DNA of 59,625 nt. Origin: Promethearchaeota archaeon. Its GTDB lineage: Archaea > Asgardarchaeota > Lokiarchaeia > Sigyniarchaeales > SOKP01. The stretch is taken from positions 106,086 to 165,710 of the forward strand of contig JBHLLT010000006.1 in assembly GCA_048938855.1 (NCBI GenBank), given 5' to 3'. This document shows, one piece after another, positions 42,377 to 52,673 of the stretch (within the stretch, counting starts at the first letter, position 1; the number at the start of each line of letters is the position of its first letter). A program made the position numbers and the translations under genes. The notes beneath the pieces were generated by a model, which had not been told where the DNA came from, did no database searches, and saw only the letters and a list, made by a program, of their open reading frames with translations.

Positions 42377-43318
42377 ATGGTTAAATTAAAAGAAGCATTA
42401 GAATCTTGTCAGGATGAGTATTTCCTTCCAGGAAATTCTTGTTGCGCAGGATGTGGTTTGGAAGTTGCTCTAAGGTGGGCAATTAAAGCGTTAGGACCTA
42501 ATACGGCTCTTGTTACCCCTGCTTCATGTTTAAATGTAGTGGTAGGATTATGGCCTAAGACTGCACCGAATTTTCCATTTACAAATATGGCTTTCGCTGC
42601 AGGAGCAGCTGCAGCAACAGGTATGTCTGCTGCCTTTAAAGCCAAAGCTTATCGATTCCCTGGGAAAGAATGGAATGAAATAACTACAATCACATTTGCG
42701 GGAGATGGTGGTACTGCAGATATTGGGATTCAAGGTCTAAGTGGAGCAGCAGAAAGAAATTCTGATCAAATTTATGTATGTTATGATAATGAGGCATATA
42801 TGAATACAGGTATTCAAAGATCCTCAAGTACACCACATGGTGCTTGGACAACTACAACTACAAAAGGAAAGGATCGATTTAAAAAGAATCTTCCTGCAAT
42901 TATGGCCGCTCATGATATACCTTATGTAGCAACTTGCTCTATTAGTGAACCACTTGACTTATATGATAAATTTAAAAAAGCTAAATCGATTGAGGGTTGT
43001 AGATATATCCATATTATGGCTCCATGTTGTACTGGATGGGGATTTAACTCTGAGGATACCATCGAAATTGCTCGATTAGCTGTAAAAACAGGCTCATGGA
43101 TTCTATATGAAGTAGAAAATGGTATTATGACAATATCAAAAGCAAGCAAATCATTATTAGATGCTTCTAAAAGAACTCCTCTGATAGATTATATTTCAAA
43201 ACAGAAAAGATTTGCTAATATTTCAGAGAGAGATTTAATTGAGCTTCAAGAATATTTGGATCATACTTGGACTCGTTTAGAAGCAGATTTGAGCTGCCAA
43301 GAACAATATCCCAAATAA
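42377..43318 (+). CDS. porB: 2-oxoacid:ferredoxin oxidoreductase beta subunit
   Basis: CAGCG, GDGG..DIG, YDNEAYMNTGIQRS and APCCTGW. Confidence 0.93.
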   Translation: MVKLKEALESCQDEYFLPGNSCCAGCGLEVALRWAIKALGPNTALVTPASCLNVVVGLWPKTAPNFPFTNMAFAAGAAAATGMSAAFKAKAYRFPGKEWNEITTITFAGDGGTADIGIQGLSGAAERNSDQIYVCYDNEAYMNTGIQRSSSTPHGAWTTTTTKGKDRFKKNLPAIMAAHDIPYVATCSISEPLDLYDKFKKAKSIEGCRYIHIMAPCCTGWGFNSEDTIEIARLAVKTGSWILYEVENGIMTISKASKSLLDASKRTPLIDYISKQKRFANISERDLIELQEYLDHTWTRLEADLSCQEQYPK

Positions 43319-43560
43319 CTTTTATATTATAACTCATCCTATTTTTATTTAATTTTTTAAAGAGATTAAGAAATATCCTGAAACTGTGATTTTTACTAAA
43401 TTTGCAGCCATATTGGTTATATATGGAAAAAGAATTATAGGGATATTTTCAAGTAAGTATAAAAAATTAGATTCTTTTTTTAATTCATTTACTTTCTATA
43501 TGAAATATTATAATAAAAAAAACTTATAGTAGTTTAAAGAATAAAAGATAAATTGTATTT

Positions 43561-44220
43561 ATGGGATTTTTAGTAAAATTAGCTGGAAAGGAATTAAAAG
43601 ATATTAAAATTTATTTAGATAATGCCGTCGATAACATAATTGAAGGGAAGGTTATTGCTTTTCCAACAAACTCAGTCTATGGAATTGGGGGAGATCCGCA
43701 AAACTTAGATGTAATTAATAGAATTTATGAAATTAAATTTCGAGATAGATCAAAAGGATTACTTTTATTAGTTTCAGATTTTGAGGAAGCTAATAAAATA
43801 GCCGAATTCAATGCAACCGCAAAAAAATTAGCAGATAAATATTGGCCAGGCCAATTGTCATTAATTGTAAAAAGAAAAGAACCGAATATTATCCCTCCAC
43901 AAGTAACTGCTTTTCAAAAAACAATAGGTTTACGAATTCCTGAAAATAAAATAATTTTGACCATTTTAGAGCTTTTAAAGGAAAGAGGTCATTTTGGAGG
44001 GATTATTGGTACTTCAGCTAATTATTCTGGAGAACCCCCCTCATTAAGCGGAGAAGAAGTCACAAAAAAATTATTAAGTCCTATTGATTTAATTATTGAT
44101 GGTGGTAAGTCAGAAACTAAATTACCAACTACGATTATAGACTGTACTGCTGAGGAGATAAGATTTTTACGAATTGGTAAAATAACAGATGAAGAAATAC
44201 TAGAATATTTATCAAAATAG
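43561..44220 (+). CDS. sua5: L-threonylcarbamoyladenylate synthase (short Sua5/TsaC form)
   Basis: AFPTNSVYG, KFR, WPG, GLRIP and TSANYSG. Confidence 0.92.
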   Translation: MGFLVKLAGKELKDIKIYLDNAVDNIIEGKVIAFPTNSVYGIGGDPQNLDVINRIYEIKFRDRSKGLLLLVSDFEEANKIAEFNATAKKLADKYWPGQLSLIVKRKEPNIIPPQVTAFQKTIGLRIPENKIILTILELLKERGHFGGIIGTSANYSGEPPSLSGEEVTKKLLSPIDLIIDGGKSETKLPTTIIDCTAEEIRFLRIGKITDEEILEYLSK

Positions 44221-44224
44221 AAGA

Positions 44225-44749
44225 GTGAGCATTACGAAAAATTTTAATCTTTTAGTGTCAACTTCGCGGTATAATAAAACAAATGCAATGTCAGAATTAT
44301 GGTTTACATTACTGATGTGTGATGATTCATACCCCATCATCTCAAGGATTCAGTTTCCTGGTTTAATTTCTGCATTTACAAATATAAATCAAAAAGAAGT
44401 AATTTCTAAAATCAAAACAATTCAGGATAAGAATCCTGACTATTTTCAATTTATATTAAAAATTGTCCCCATAGACTTCATCTGTGAAACTAAAATTAAA
44501 ACAATAGAAAAAATAATCGAGCAAAATTATAAAAACTATATCGACGAAAAAGAATCTTTTAAAATTACATTAAAACGCAGACATCACCAAAAAATAGAAA
44601 GAGAAAATTTTATTGAGATAATTGCTAATTTAATTAATAATTCTGTCGATTTAGAAGATCCAGACAAAAATATTAGATTTGAAGTTTTAGGAAATATAAC
44701 TGGGATATCATTTTTGAAAAAAAACGAAATAATTACAATTAAGAAATGA
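44225..44749 (+). CDS. Stand-alone THUMP-domain protein
   Basis: FKITLKRR and VDLEDPD..IRFEVLG. Confidence 0.85.
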   Translation: MSITKNFNLLVSTSRYNKTNAMSELWFTLLMCDDSYPIISRIQFPGLISAFTNINQKEVISKIKTIQDKNPDYFQFILKIVPIDFICETKIKTIEKIIEQNYKNYIDEKESFKITLKRRHHQKIERENFIEIIANLINNSVDLEDPDKNIRFEVLGNITGISFLKKNEIITIKK

Positions 44750-44759
44750 TTCACTGAGT

Positions 44760-45452
44760 TTATACGTTTCTTCCTTTCTCAACACATAACAGAGCCATTT
44801 TTTCGAAAATTAAATCGCATATTGCCGATGTTATTGAATTTAAACTTAAATCTGAATAACTTGAAGTGATCCCATAAGTTTTCAGAACGATACTAATCTG
44901 ATTGTCAGAAATTTCAAAATAATCTTTAATTAAATCAATCTTTTTAGTCGTTTGGTCATTAATTGTCAATTTCGCTTCTTTAAGAGATAAAACGCTTGAT
45001 AATTCATCATAAATTTCATTTAGATTATTTTTTGGAGAAACTATACATAATGTCAATTGTTTGTTTAAATCGGAAAAATCAATTCCAAAACCATCAATAC
45101 TCTTATTTATTTGGCGGTTGGCTGCTAAATATAGTAGAAGTTCAACATTTTTTTTGTTGGAAATGTTTATTTTATGCAGAAACGCTTTTTCTACATAATA
45201 ACATGCTGTGAAAATATGGTCCTCATTTAAGATATATTTTTCTTTAATAAACTGGACTAATGAGCTCTTATACTTCTCTTGGATATTATTGAGTAGCTCA
45301 AAAAAATTGATTAAGACTTTTTGTTCATGCTCTATTCTATTTGAATCAAGTATTCTATTCAGAGTAACTTTAACTTGATTTATTCCAACAAAAAAATGTA
45401 AATTTATGTCAGGAATTTTAAATTCTCTTAAAATCAAACTGGCAAACTCCAC
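44760..45452 (-). CDS. cgi121: KEOPS subunit Cgi121
   Basis: ELLLYLAANRQINKSI..FGI and C-terminal EKMALL. Confidence 0.8.
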   Translation of the reverse strand: MEFASLILREFKIPDINLHFFVGINQVKVTLNRILDSNRIEHEQKVLINFFELLNNIQEKYKSSLVQFIKEKYILNEDHIFTACYYVEKAFLHKINISNKKNVELLLYLAANRQINKSIDGFGIDFSDLNKQLTLCIVSPKNNLNEIYDELSSVLSLKEAKLTINDQTTKKIDLIKDYFEISDNQISIVLKTYGITSSYSDLSLNSITSAICDLIFEKMALLCVEKGRNV

Positions 45453-46201
45453 GTTAAAAATATTGGCATTATATTGAAATTGATTCTTATGAAAACTGTA
45501 AAAATTAAAAAGGATAACATATATAACGTAAAAATCCAGTCTTTTAAAGAGTATCTAATAGTGTAATAATATGTACGATCTTTTTTGCTACCAAAAGCTC
45601 TTGATTCAAGAGCTTCGGCAACATTAAAAGCTCTCCTAATAGAACAAATTATTAATGGAATTAAAAGTGGAAAGAGGTTTTTTATTTGACTTATAAGCCC
45701 TCTTTTTTGCATCTCATAACCTCTACTCTGTTGAGCATCCAAAATGTTTTGAGCTTCGGTTGCAATAGTGGGGACAAAACGAAAAGCAAGTGAAAACGAA
45801 AAAGCAAACTCATAAGGTAATTTCATTGAAATTAAGGAAAGTGCCAAATCATTTGGATCTACTGTTAAAAAGAAAATTGAGAAAGCAGATATCATTATAT
45901 AAATTCTTAAGATCATTGCAATCGCAAATGACAAAGAAATAAATAAGGTATTTAAAACAATTATGAAAATAATTAAGAATGATAACCCGCGAATACTTTT
46001 AATCCACTGTTTAAATAATCTTCCTATTAGAATTAACGGAACTAAACTCAAAAAAATAAGAAGGAGTGGAATAATTTCAGTAAACAACAACGCACATATT
46101 GTATAAACTACCGAAAAAACTAATTTTGCCCTTGGATCTAATTTATGTAGAAAAGTTTTTTTTTTCATAAACCTAAAGGCATTTAAAAAGTCTAATGACA
46201 T
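45434..46201 (-). CDS. ecfT: ECF transporter transmembrane T component
   Basis: LHKLDPRAKL, AFRFVP, AQQSRG and ALESRAF. Confidence 0.92.
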   Translation of the reverse strand: MSLDFLNAFRFMKKKTFLHKLDPRAKLVFSVVYTICALLFTEIIPLLLIFLSLVPLILIGRLFKQWIKSIRGLSFLIIFIIVLNTLFISLSFAIAMILRIYIMISAFSIFFLTVDPNDLALSLISMKLPYEFAFSFSLAFRFVPTIATEAQNILDAQQSRGYEMQKRGLISQIKNLFPLLIPLIICSIRRAFNVAEALESRAFGSKKDRTYYYTIRYSLKDWIFTLYMLSFLIFTVFIRINFNIMPIFLTWSLPV

Positions 46202-46216
46202 GTGTATGCATTCCTC

Positions 46217-47071
46217 CTAAATTTTTAAAGGTTTATTTTTTAGAAAGTTCCTTAAATAATTGACCAGAGCTTCTTTAGACATTATATCTTCTATTTTCGG
46301 AAAACCACTCTCTTTTAATGTAGTACAGAATTGCCAAATTTGCGGCTGAATTAATGAAGTTTGTTTTATTAATATTTCATTGTTTAATATCGCTTTTGTT
46401 GGCCCATCAGCAACTATTTGTCCATCTGCCATTAATATAGTACGTGGTAAATATTCATAGGTAAATTCAATATTATGAGTAATGATAATTATAGTTTTTC
46501 CCCTTCTTCTCTCATTTTCAATTAAGTTAATAAAAAAACCAATTTCTTTTGCATCTTGACCTAATGTTGGTTCATCGAAAACCAAAATATCAGGATCTCG
46601 ACAAATAATTGATGCTATTGCAAGCTTCTTTGATTCTCCACCAGACAAATTAAGAGGAGATCGACTTTTGTATTTATCAAGCTTAAAATCATGTAGGATC
46701 TTATCAATTCTATCTTGAACTTCTTCCTTATCTAAACCAAAGCTTTTGAGGGAAAATCTTATTTCTTCTTCTACTGAATTAGAAAACAATTGATGAAGGG
46801 GATTTTGAAATATTATTCCGACTTTTTCAGATAAAGTGGCAATGCTTTTGGAATTAATATTTTCTTTTTCAATAAAAATATTACCCTTTGTTGGTCTTAT
46901 TAATCCATTTAAAGTTCTAATAAGGCTAGTCTTACCTGCTCCATTTTTCCCCATAATAGCTATTAATTCTCCCTTGTAAATGTTTAAATTTATATCTTTC
47001 AAAGCTTGAGTCCCATTTGGATAAGTATAACCAATATCTCTAAGCATAATCAAGGGACTTTCTTTAGACAT
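46217..47071 (-). CDS. ECF transporter ATPase
   Basis: GKNGAGKT, FQNP, LSGGE and DEPT. Confidence 0.92.
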   Translation of the reverse strand: MSKESPLIMLRDIGYTYPNGTQALKDINLNIYKGELIAIMGKNGAGKTSLIRTLNGLIRPTKGNIFIEKENINSKSIATLSEKVGIIFQNPLHQLFSNSVEEEIRFSLKSFGLDKEEVQDRIDKILHDFKLDKYKSRSPLNLSGGESKKLAIASIICRDPDILVFDEPTLGQDAKEIGFFINLIENERRRGKTIIIITHNIEFTYEYLPRTILMADGQIVADGPTKAILNNEILIKQTSLIQPQIWQFCTTLKESGFPKIEDIMSKEALVNYLRNFLKNKPLKI

Positions 47072-47096
47072 TTGTATCGCTTCTTTTAGATTTTTT

Positions 47097-47930
47097 TTAC
47101 TTTAAAGATCGAACTGCTTCAGGAATGGAGATAGGAATATTTTTATCATATAAATTTTCATTTTTTAAAATACTAAAAATTGAGTAAATAACTGGTTTAT
47201 TTAACTGTAGAATTTGAAAATTAGTACTATTAATTACATGGTCACTTTGCCCATGTTCAAGTATACTTCCATTCTTCATCAAAATCATTTGTTGGGAGTA
47301 AGGTAAAATTAGATCTAACCTATGCTCACTAATCAAAATTGAAATATTTTTCTCTTCTTTTATCTCATTTAATAAATTTATAATTTTTTTAGCCATATAT
47401 GGATCTAATAAAGCAGTTGGCTCATCTAAGATTAAAATTTTTGGTTCTAAGACCAAAATAGATGCTATCGCAACTCTTTGTTGTTCTCCACCACTTAATT
47501 CAAATGGAGCTTTGTCTAATATATGTTCAATTTCCGTCATTGATACGCTTTCTTGTATTCGTTTTGAAATTTCTTTAGCAGGTATCCCTATATTCTCTAA
47601 ACCGAACGCAATTTCATGTTCTACATTCATCGCTACTAATTGATTTTCAGGATTCTGAAACACAATGCCAATTTCAGTAGACAAGTCTGCTATAGGAGTA
47701 TCAATTGTGCTTTTACCATTCCACAGTTCAACATTTCCTTTATAATAACCAGCATAGAATTGAGGGATTAAACCATTCATACACCTGATGAGTGTAGTTT
47801 TTCCACTTCCAGTTTCTCCACATAATAATATAAAATTATTATCTTCAATGTTTAAATTGATGTTATTTAAAGCGTATTCTTCGTTTCCTTTATATCGATA
47901 ATAAAAATTTTTAAATTTTACTAAATCCAT
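47097..47930 (-). CDS. ECF transporter ATPase
   Basis: GETGSGKT, FQNPENQ, LSGGEQQR and LDEPT. Confidence 0.92.
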   Translation of the reverse strand: MDLVKFKNFYYRYKGNEEYALNNINLNIEDNNFILLCGETGSGKTTLIRCMNGLIPQFYAGYYKGNVELWNGKSTIDTPIADLSTEIGIVFQNPENQLVAMNVEHEIAFGLENIGIPAKEISKRIQESVSMTEIEHILDKAPFELSGGEQQRVAIASILVLEPKILILDEPTALLDPYMAKKIINLLNEIKEEKNISILISEHRLDLILPYSQQMILMKNGSILEHGQSDHVINSTNFQILQLNKPVIYSIFSILKNENLYDKNIPISIPEAVRSLK

Positions 47931-47992
47931 ATCAAAGATAATTCCAATACAGTCTATTTTCTTTGATAATTTTTGATAGTTTAAAACTTGAA

Positions 47993-49018
47993 TTATAAAA
48001 ATAGTTTGATTTTTTCAATAATTTCTTGTAGAATGTTTTCAAAATCTTTATTAATTGTTAAAGATGCTGCTCCATCATGCCCTCCCCCACTACCATTGTA
48101 TATTAGGGAAATTTCCTCTAAAATCTTCCCTAAATTCAATCCATTTTTTAAACAAACTGCTTTTTTAGCTCTTGTATTAATTATATATTGATTTTTTTCT
48201 TTTGATATAACAATTCCAATATCAAATCCTAATTTTATTAACATTGAGGCTACGCTTGCTCCAAAACTGCTTACGTTTGTCAGGCCAATTAAAAATTCTC
48301 CTGCTTTAATCAACTCAACTCTTTGCAATCCTTTTATTTTTGCAATTTTTTCTGAGATGCCGATTTCATTTTGAAGAATTTGATAAATATCCTGTATCTC
48401 TAATTCTTCACATAATAAATTGCTTACATTTTGGATGGATTTATTATTACCATGCTTAAAAAAGCCGGTATCTGTCAATATTGCTGAAATAATGAGATTT
48501 TTTAAAGGTACAGTCAATGTTTTTTTATAGAATTCAATTAATTCCAAAATAATTTCTGAAGTAGAAGAATAATCTTCACTTACTAAATCTAACGAATTTT
48601 CATTACGATCCTCTGAGTTTAGTCCATAATAATGATGATCTATAAAAATGTAAGGAATATTAATATTGGATACGCCAATTTCATCATCAATTTTGATTTG
48701 ATTTAAATTATTTGTGTCCACAATTATGAGGATCTCTATATTAGTAAGATCGAACTGTTCCTCATAAGAAAAATCAAATTCAGGGAAGTTATTATTAAAA
48801 TTTTTAATAAAATTTTTAGTTGATTTCGAAAGTTCTGAGAAATATATTGATATTTCTGGATTTTTAGAGTTTAGAAATTCACAATTTATTAAGGTTAATA
48901 GATATTTTAAGGTAAAACAAGAGGCCAGTCCATCAATATCTACTAAATTGTGAGTAGTAATTAAGATATTTTTATTTTTTATGAAAGCTAAAAATTGTTC
49001 GAATTTAGATTTCAACAT
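47993..49018 (-). CDS. DHH/DHHA1 phosphoesterase (NrnA-like)
   Basis: THNLVDIDG, IVDT, IDHH, DTG and GGGHDGAA. Confidence 0.9.
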   Translation of the reverse strand: MLKSKFEQFLAFIKNKNILITTHNLVDIDGLASCFTLKYLLTLINCEFLNSKNPEISIYFSELSKSTKNFIKNFNNNFPEFDFSYEEQFDLTNIEILIIVDTNNLNQIKIDDEIGVSNINIPYIFIDHHYYGLNSEDRNENSLDLVSEDYSSTSEIILELIEFYKKTLTVPLKNLIISAILTDTGFFKHGNNKSIQNVSNLLCEELEIQDIYQILQNEIGISEKIAKIKGLQRVELIKAGEFLIGLTNVSSFGASVASMLIKLGFDIGIVISKEKNQYIINTRAKKAVCLKNGLNLGKILEEISLIYNGSGGGHDGAASLTINKDFENILQEIIEKIKLFL

Positions 49019-49034
49019 AAAAGTTCATGAGAAT

Positions 49035-49391
49035 TTATTTTTGAAAATCTGCTTGAAGTGTTTTACTCATCGTTTCTAATTGATTTTTTACTCGTTCCTC
49101 TTTTTGTTTTAATGTTTTTAAACGCATCTCTAATGAGACTTTTAGGCTTTTCTTTTCATCCAATAGCTTATTCCGATCGCTTTTCACGAATATTCCCCCG
49201 ATTGTCTTATATACTGTGTCTTCAGGTTGAATTTTTTCTAATTCCTCTATTGCTGATTCTGTTTCTCTTTGTGAACTTTCAAATTGTAATCTTTGTGAAG
49301 TTATAAATTCAAGAGATTGCCGCAGATTATTCAGTTCAATAATCTTTTTCTTTTGTTCCTCGGTTAAATTATCGAAATTAATTTGTGACAT
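49035..49391 (-). CDS. pfdB: Prefoldin beta subunit
   Basis: Coiled coils flanking VYKTIGGIFVK; superoperon context; ATG at 49391 preferred as start. Confidence 0.9.
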   Translation of the reverse strand: MSQINFDNLTEEQKKKIIELNNLRQSLEFITSQRLQFESSQRETESAIEELEKIQPEDTVYKTIGGIFVKSDRNKLLDEKKSLKVSLEMRLKTLKQKEERVKNQLETMSKTLQADFQK

Positions 49392-49440
49392 TTTTTTTCC
49401 TTCTTGTAAATATATTAATTTATTTATTTTTCTATATATT

Positions 49441-49722
49441 TTATTTATTTTTTGAATTATCAACTATCTTGATCGAATCTGACACTATTTTCCCAAAATT
49501 GGTAATTTCGTTAACTGAAGCACGAAAAGCTATGATGTCCGTACTTCTTATCTCGAAAATTATACTTAAGTTATCCTTTTTTTCCATTGAAACTTCAGAT
49601 CGGTTGGTTTTTAGCCTTTTAAATTCAGGTGAAAAAGAATTGAATGATAAATCCCGTATTTGAGAAGTCTTGAAATTAAATTCTATAGTAGATTTGATTG
49701 TGAAGTAATTATTTTTACTCAT
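49441..49722 (-). CDS. pcc1: KEOPS subunit Pcc1
   Basis: SPE..RSEV..EIRSTDIIAFRASVN pattern and position next to pfdB. Confidence 0.8.
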   Translation of the reverse strand: MSKNNYFTIKSTIEFNFKTSQIRDLSFNSFSPEFKRLKTNRSEVSMEKKDNLSIIFEIRSTDIIAFRASVNEITNFGKIVSDSIKIVDNSKNK

Positions 49723-50009
49723 TATTCTTCAGTGATTTCTAATTCTCTTTGTTTCCTCTTTGCAATACGGAAAGATTCGGCACCTCTCGGGGTTTCTATG
49801 TAATATGCCCCTCCTGTAAATTTAGCATCACATTTTTTACAATGCCAGATACCAGTTGAAATTCTATGAATAGAACCCTTAGTTATACATCTGGGACACT
49901 TTACATCTCCTTTCATCTTTTCTAATATTAAACGAGTTCTTTTTCTTAACGTGCTTCCATATCTTGCACCGTATTTTCCTGTTATTCCAACCTTACGAGT
50001 GTTGCCCAT
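49722..50009 (-). CDS. rpl37ae: 50S ribosomal protein L37Ae (eL43)
   Basis: TRKVGITGKYGARYG, CPRC..GIWHCKKC and FTGGAY. Confidence 0.96.
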   Translation of the reverse strand: MGNTRKVGITGKYGARYGSTLRKRTRLILEKMKGDVKCPRCITKGSIHRISTGIWHCKKCDAKFTGGAYYIETPRGAESFRIAKRKQRELEITEE

Positions 50010-50183
50010 TTTAATCAAGTTTAGTGTTGAATAGTTGATAATAAATAAAAATTACTATAAACTATAAATTTTTCTAAAATAGAGTAAATTCCAATAATAT
50101 TTATTTCTTTAATATTTGATTTTTAAAATGGACTCAATACCAATAAAGAACAAATAAAATAAAGATTTAAAAAAATTTAAAAA

Positions 50184-51017
50184 TTATTTAATTTCACTGT
50201 GATATTGTAATAAATTTAAGTCTTTTCTTATTTTTTTACCGATTTCTAAAGATTTTTTTGCGAGCATTTTAATTTCATCAATTGAAAATGTAGCAGCTCC
50301 ACTTTTTTGGATTGAAGTTATTTTATCTTCTGTAACAGAAATAGATATTTTACCATCACTCACTAATTCTTCTGGTAAACTTGGGTCCAAAAATATTATA
50401 TCTTCAATTTTTCCGTAAGTAACAGCAAAAGGTAATTCATTTACGATATCCTTTCCCGTCAAATACTTTCCAGTCCATTCAGCTTCACCCTTTTCTTCAT
50501 TCCAAGTACCTTCAGGAATATGAGCGGATAATAATGAGGTTAATGCACTTACCGCACCTGCATCAATTAAATTTCCTTGGTAATTCATCACATACATATC
50601 AACGAAAAGAATATAGACTAAAACTCCTTCTTTAATGCAAAGTTTTTTGGTTTGTACACAATCTGCATGTCTAATTCCCCGATCTACTACTCGTGCTAGT
50701 TCAATTGATTGTTCATCTGGAGGACCTCTCTCAAATAAAGGAGATGCTATAGGAAGTAGTTCTGCCATAATAGTACACACACCTTCATTAGGAAGATCAG
50801 GAAAAGGTTCACCTACTTCATATTTTAATCCAGTAATGATTCGAGTTTTTCCTAAAGAAACATCTGATGAACCTTCAGCAGACGCGATAACATCACTTTT
50901 TACTTGGAAATCACGATATTCAAACAAACCTCTATTATCAATTCTTTCTTCTTTCTTAAGATTAGAAATAATATAATCTCTTTCAATTTTTGAGATAATA
51001 CGCTTTACATCCATCAT
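50184..51017 (-). CDS. rrp42: Exosome subunit Rrp42
   Basis: RIDNR, AEGS, PFPDLPNEG, ELARVVDRGIR and IQKSG. Confidence 0.95.
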   Translation of the reverse strand: MMDVKRIISKIERDYIISNLKKEERIDNRGLFEYRDFQVKSDVIASAEGSSDVSLGKTRIITGLKYEVGEPFPDLPNEGVCTIMAELLPIASPLFERGPPDEQSIELARVVDRGIRHADCVQTKKLCIKEGVLVYILFVDMYVMNYQGNLIDAGAVSALTSLLSAHIPEGTWNEEKGEAEWTGKYLTGKDIVNELPFAVTYGKIEDIIFLDPSLPEELVSDGKISISVTEDKITSIQKSGAATFSIDEIKMLAKKSLEIGKKIRKDLNLLQYHSEIK

Positions 51018-51799
51018 TTTTGTTTATCACCTTTATTAACTTCTTTTTCTTTCGTAGTCTCTTCTTGTAATTTAATATATTTACTCTTTAATGCATTTAA
51101 TTGGATTTGATGGATTTTCTCTAATGCGATTTTAGCAAGATCCAAAAATTCATTCATCTCCTCCAAGTTCATATCTCCGTCAAACTGCAAGAGGGAAATC
51201 TCATCATTATACCAAGTAATTGCGATTGGAAAGTCAGCTTCTCCCGCTTTATCTTCAATACCAGAAAGATCAACCACTTTTTTTCCATTAATTTTACCCA
51301 CGGCAATAGCTGATACTAAGCTTTTCATGGGAACTCCTGCATCAGCCAATGCTAATGCTGCTACAGTAGTACTTGCACACCTAGTGCCACCGTCGGCATC
51401 CAATACTTCAATAAAAACTTCGAAACTTGTACCAGGATAAAGCTCGAGAAATAATAAAGGTTCTATGCAATCTGCTACGATCATAGATATCTCTTTTTCT
51501 CGACGTCCAGGCGCAGGTCTCTTTCTATCAAATACAGAAAATGTAGCCATCCTATAAAAAACTCGCAATATTCCCTTATCTGGTTTTGATAAGTGATGTG
51601 GGTGTACTTCTCTAGGACCATAAACTGCCGCATATATTTTATTGTTTCCCCATTCTAAATATGCTGAACCATCTGCATTTTCAATAACACCAACTTCCAT
51701 TTTTATTGGTCTTAATTCATTAACATCTCGACCATCTAGTCTTTTTCCATCTTTACGAAATAAATTCTCTGGATATTCATCTTTTATTATTAATGGCAT
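51014..51799 (-). CDS. rrp41: Exosome exonuclease Rrp41
   Basis: RLDGR..ELRP, ADGSAYLE, YGPRE and DADGGTR. Confidence 0.96.
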   Translation of the reverse strand: MPLIIKDEYPENLFRKDGKRLDGRDVNELRPIKMEVGVIENADGSAYLEWGNNKIYAAVYGPREVHPHHLSKPDKGILRVFYRMATFSVFDRKRPAPGRREKEISMIVADCIEPLLFLELYPGTSFEVFIEVLDADGGTRCASTTVAALALADAGVPMKSLVSAIAVGKINGKKVVDLSGIEDKAGEADFPIAITWYNDEISLLQFDGDMNLEEMNEFLDLAKIALEKIHQIQLNALKSKYIKLQEETTKEKEVNKGDKQK

Positions 51800-52596
51800 T
51801 ATTCAATACCTCTTTTCTTTTTTTCATTAATTATATATTCTTGCATTCTATCAGTTAACCCAACAGTATGAGCTTCCGAAGCAATTTTATGAATTGATTC
51901 AATTAATAGCCTTTCATGTGCGATATCTACTCCTTTCAACCAAATCCGACCATTTTGTGTTACAAAAATATTACAATTTGTTAAATTTTTTAACATTGTA
52001 ATCATTGATCCATTTCTACCAATTACTCTTGGAATTTTAGGAGGATCAATAGTAATTACAATTCCTCCAGTTTTTTTCCCTAAATATTTTCCGACGGTAG
52101 TCAATTCTGGTGTATTTAAACGATCAGCAGAAAGAACTTTTACTACTAAAATGTCTCCTATTTCGAATTTCTCAGTACTAGCTTCCTCACGTACCGAACC
52201 ACCTCCTCCTCTAAAACCTCTTGTTCTTCCCTTCTTGATTGTATTTTTTGGTTTCAATTGACCAAAGTCTTTAGCATTAATATCACATTTGTATTTAACA
52301 GGATTTTTATCAATTACTAAAGCTATAACCTTATCTCCAGGCCGAGGTGTATAAAAACCCCTAAGAGGGATTACATTTACATAATTCTTTTTTATTTGTT
52401 TTAAACCAATATTTAAAGAAATAATTTTATTTCTCTCTTTATTTAATATTGTTCCTCTTCCTGGTAAAAAATTAGTAACATCTTCCGTTAAAACTTCTCC
52501 AGGCACAACTACTTCTCTTGTATCTTCCTCTTCTTCAAAATCTTCGTACTCATCATCTAAAGGTTCTTCTTCATTATTTTCCATTATAGTACTCAC
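51799..52596 (-). CDS. rrp4: Exosome RNA-binding cap Rrp4
   Basis: VVVPGE, YTPRPGD (S1 domain) and KIPRVIGRNGSM (KH domain). Confidence 0.94.
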   Translation of the reverse strand: MSTIMENNEEEPLDDEYEDFEEEEDTREVVVPGEVLTEDVTNFLPGRGTILNKERNKIISLNIGLKQIKKNYVNVIPLRGFYTPRPGDKVIALVIDKNPVKYKCDINAKDFGQLKPKNTIKKGRTRGFRGGGGSVREEASTEKFEIGDILVVKVLSADRLNTPELTTVGKYLGKKTGGIVITIDPPKIPRVIGRNGSMITMLKNLTNCNIFVTQNGRIWLKGVDIAHERLLIESIHKIASEAHTVGLTDRMQEYIINEKKKRGIE

Positions 52597-52673
52597 GTTT
52601 TTCTATAATTTTGTTATTCTCCTAACCTATGCTAAAAAATAATATAAATTAAAGTCAATCAAAAACCTTTAGG